Shown here piece by piece: positions 62,338 through 64,000 of a stretch of DNA of 64,000 nt. The stretch's first letter is position 1. Each line of letters starts with the position of its first letter. The notes under the pieces are model-generated. The model ran no database searches and was not told the origin of the DNA. It saw nothing but the letters and a program-made list of their open reading frames with translations. Location: positions 16,493 through 80,492 of IMG/VR virus record IMGVR_UViG_3300012209_000006. The stretch is one strand, 5' to 3'. The stretch is from a virus. Made by a program: the position numbers and the translations under genes.

Positions 62338-63527
62338 TTGCTATCCTTTTCCAAGAACGTGTTTGATACTAGCTTAAGCTGGACCCGGCCGATGCTTCGG
62401 TCCGTTCTCTCTGGCACTGCCTTGATCACTACGCCTTCTCGAATGTGCTTGGCTCCCGCGACATTAGATCGCCCTTCTACAAGATTTTTAATCGTATCAA
62501 AATCAAACCCGCCATCGCAGACCAGCGGCACCGAGTGGTCTAGGAGAACGTTGTAGTCGTTGGAGTCATACGAAGTAAACATAGGATCATCTACTTCGAC
62601 CCACTTACCGTCCGGAGTGCGGACGTCGAACAAGAAGAATCTTACCACATCTTTGGTCCCATAGTCAAATCCTTTTTGCGTAGGCACGATCTCGCCGTAC
62701 AGAGTGTAGCCTGGGTACATACGGCACCAGGGTTCGATCCATGTGTTGTCTTTCAGGGCCCGGCGCCACGCGCAGGTAGAGGCCTCGGCCTTCCATAGGT
62801 TGCGGGAGCCGGCAAACATCTTGTCCTTGCCGAAGAAGCCGCCCTTGCGGAAAGTGTATCGAGCGTTGGAGCCATGAATCTTTTCGGTGACCCGCACGCG
62901 CTCGCCTGGGACGAAAGCGTTCATGTACTTTTTCAAGTTGTCCACGTCGTAGGTCGGCACGCCTTCGGGACCGCGGGACTCGCGACGCTCACCGCTGAGC
63001 CAACCTTTTATGAAGGAGATCCATCCGCGGAACGAGCGAGGCAGACCCTTCCTGCCGTTCCCTCCGGTCGCCAGCGTGTAGGCTTCGCCGGGCTCGGGCG
63101 GATTATAGTGCTCGATACCTAGGATCTCAGAGACATCGTCACCCACCGTGACTTCATCATATTTGTTTTTTCTTACGTCGAGGACGGTCGCGTAGGACTT
63201 GGTTACTTGATCTCCGTCAGGCAGAGGCATGAGAACACCTTCGCTCCATTCGCCGCGAAGCTTCTTGGCTGTGATGCGACGCTTCCTTGCCGGAGTGCCG
63301 CCTTCAAATGTGGCGTTGCCCCACAGGAAAGCAAACTCAGGCCGGTCTGGTACCACGGAGTCGGGCGGCACGTAGTATGCCAGATCTCCAACCTTGAACT
63401 GTCCCTTGCCTACGACAGCTTGGAAGCCTTCGATGGGAATGATCTCGAGTTTGTCCGCGTTGCCGTGAGGCAACACCTGCTCGATTCGGATTACATCTAC
63501 ACGATGATGCGCTGGTTTATCGTTCAC
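62334..63527 (-). CDS. RNA ligase, DRB0094-type, with N-terminal OB/tRNA-binding domain
   Basis: HGNADKLE...KLRGEWSEG; ligase motifs TEKIHGSN, YGEI, FDV, EGVVIK, LK; GTG start overlaps upstream TAG. Confidence 0.88.
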   Translation of the reverse strand: MNDKPAHHRVDVIRIEQVLPHGNADKLEIIPIEGFQAVVGKGQFKVGDLAYYVPPDSVVPDRPEFAFLWGNATFEGGTPARKRRITAKKLRGEWSEGVLMPLPDGDQVTKSYATVLDVRKNKYDEVTVGDDVSEILGIEHYNPPEPGEAYTLATGGNGRKGLPRSFRGWISFIKGWLSGERRESRGPEGVPTYDVDNLKKYMNAFVPGERVRVTEKIHGSNARYTFRKGGFFGKDKMFAGSRNLWKAEASTCAWRRALKDNTWIEPWCRMYPGYTLYGEIVPTQKGFDYGTKDVVRFFLFDVRTPDGKWVEVDDPMFTSYDSNDYNVLLDHSVPLVCDGGFDFDTIKNLVEGRSNVAGAKHIREGVVIKAVPERTDRSIGRVQLKLVSNTFLEKDSK

Positions 63528-63742
63528 TATTTTCTCCCGCATTCTTTTTCGCACCGCATGGCACACATGTTCTCTTCGCTGCACTGCCGCGAGCAAATCT
63601 GTTTGTGACAGTGACAGATCTTGCAATCTGGAAGCTGCGATTGCTGTGGTTCCTTTTTGCCAGCCACAATAAATAGAGCTCCAATTATAACTAATATCAC
63701 AAAAAACGTTGCTACTTTGCCGGACTCTTTCTCGCTGTTCAT
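63527..63742 (-). CDS. Small membrane-anchored Cys-rich protein
   Basis: TM FFVILVIIGALFIVAG, then eight Cys; AAGGAG RBS. Confidence 0.65.
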   Translation of the reverse strand: MNSEKESGKVATFFVILVIIGALFIVAGKKEPQQSQLPDCKICHCHKQICSRQCSEENMCAMRCEKECGRK

Positions 63743-63999
63743 TCGCTCTCCTTTGGAACTTCGAACCCGAGACCGGCGCGCGTAGCCCACTGCCTGCGGA
63801 GTGCCACGTTTTCGGCCATCTTCGAATAGCGATCGGTGATGGCGGCGCCTGTGTGCCCTACCCAATACCTGAGAATGTCTTCCGGCACTCCGACCTCGCG
63901 AAGCTGCGTGATGCGGAATCGTCTAAAGGAATGGAACCCATGAATCCCTAGGGGGCCTAAGCTATCAGTCCTGACTCGGCTCTCCCAGAGTGGCTTGCC
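63739..63999 (-). CDS. int: Tyrosine recombinase/integrase, C-terminal part (5'-truncated), not in track
   Basis: Open from window edge: ...GFHSFRRFRITQLREVGVPEDILRYWVGHTGAAITDRYSK...* with HxxR, GH and catalytic Tyr. Confidence 0.88.
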   Translation of the reverse strand, partial: GKPLWESRVRTDSLGPLGIHGFHSFRRFRITQLREVGVPEDILRYWVGHTGAAITDRYSKMAENVALRRQWATRAGLGFEVPKESE

Positions 64000-64000
64000 T

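Larger units (their letters stand above)
1..64000. mobile_element. Tailed dsDNA phage or prophage segment, probably temperate, podovirus-like virion
   Basis: Terminase, portal, scaffold, capsid, tail, ejection, replication, lysis and integrase genes throughout; no host housekeeping genes; dense translational coupling (TAATG, ATGA). Confidence 0.95.

Noticed and set aside
1-64000. DGR, retron, group II intron or IS transposase
   Set aside because: No reverse transcriptase (YxDD), template/variable repeat pair, domain V hairpin or transposase motifs were recognised.

Overview
The whole window is part of one tailed dsDNA bacteriophage genome, probably temperate and podovirus-like (ejection-type internal proteins, no tape measure or sheath seen). 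Layout on the + strand: nucleotide-metabolism and Clp genes (0.6-6.3 kb); replication and recombination (DEDDh exonuclease, SSB-like, primase-helicase, family A polymerase, annealing protein, UvrD, PD-(D/E)XK nuclease; 6.3-17.5 kb); regulator, Clp ATPase and GH108 endolysin (17.5-22 kb); terminase, portal, scaffold and major capsid (23-33 kb); decoration, tail and ejection proteins with one tRNA-Asn (33.8-60.3 kb). A convergent minus-strand block (60.3-64 kb) carries ASCH, an RNA ligase and the C-terminus of a tyrosine integrase that the ORF track misses. Main points: (1) the capsid gene is split by two group I introns and splices to 343 aa, but the frame-restoring 3' splice site of intron 1 is not preceded by the canonical terminal G; (2) an apparent phage-encoded two-part Clp protease, namely ClpP plus a D2-only Clp ATPase that keeps a ClpP-docking-like loop; (3) a C-terminal Hint domain on a putative ejection protein; (4) eight homing-endonuclease genes or remnants, two of them directly behind candidate structured RNAs; (5) a secreted trypsin-like protease. 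All family calls are by-eye motif recognition and all RNA folds were done by hand. No database search or computation was run.
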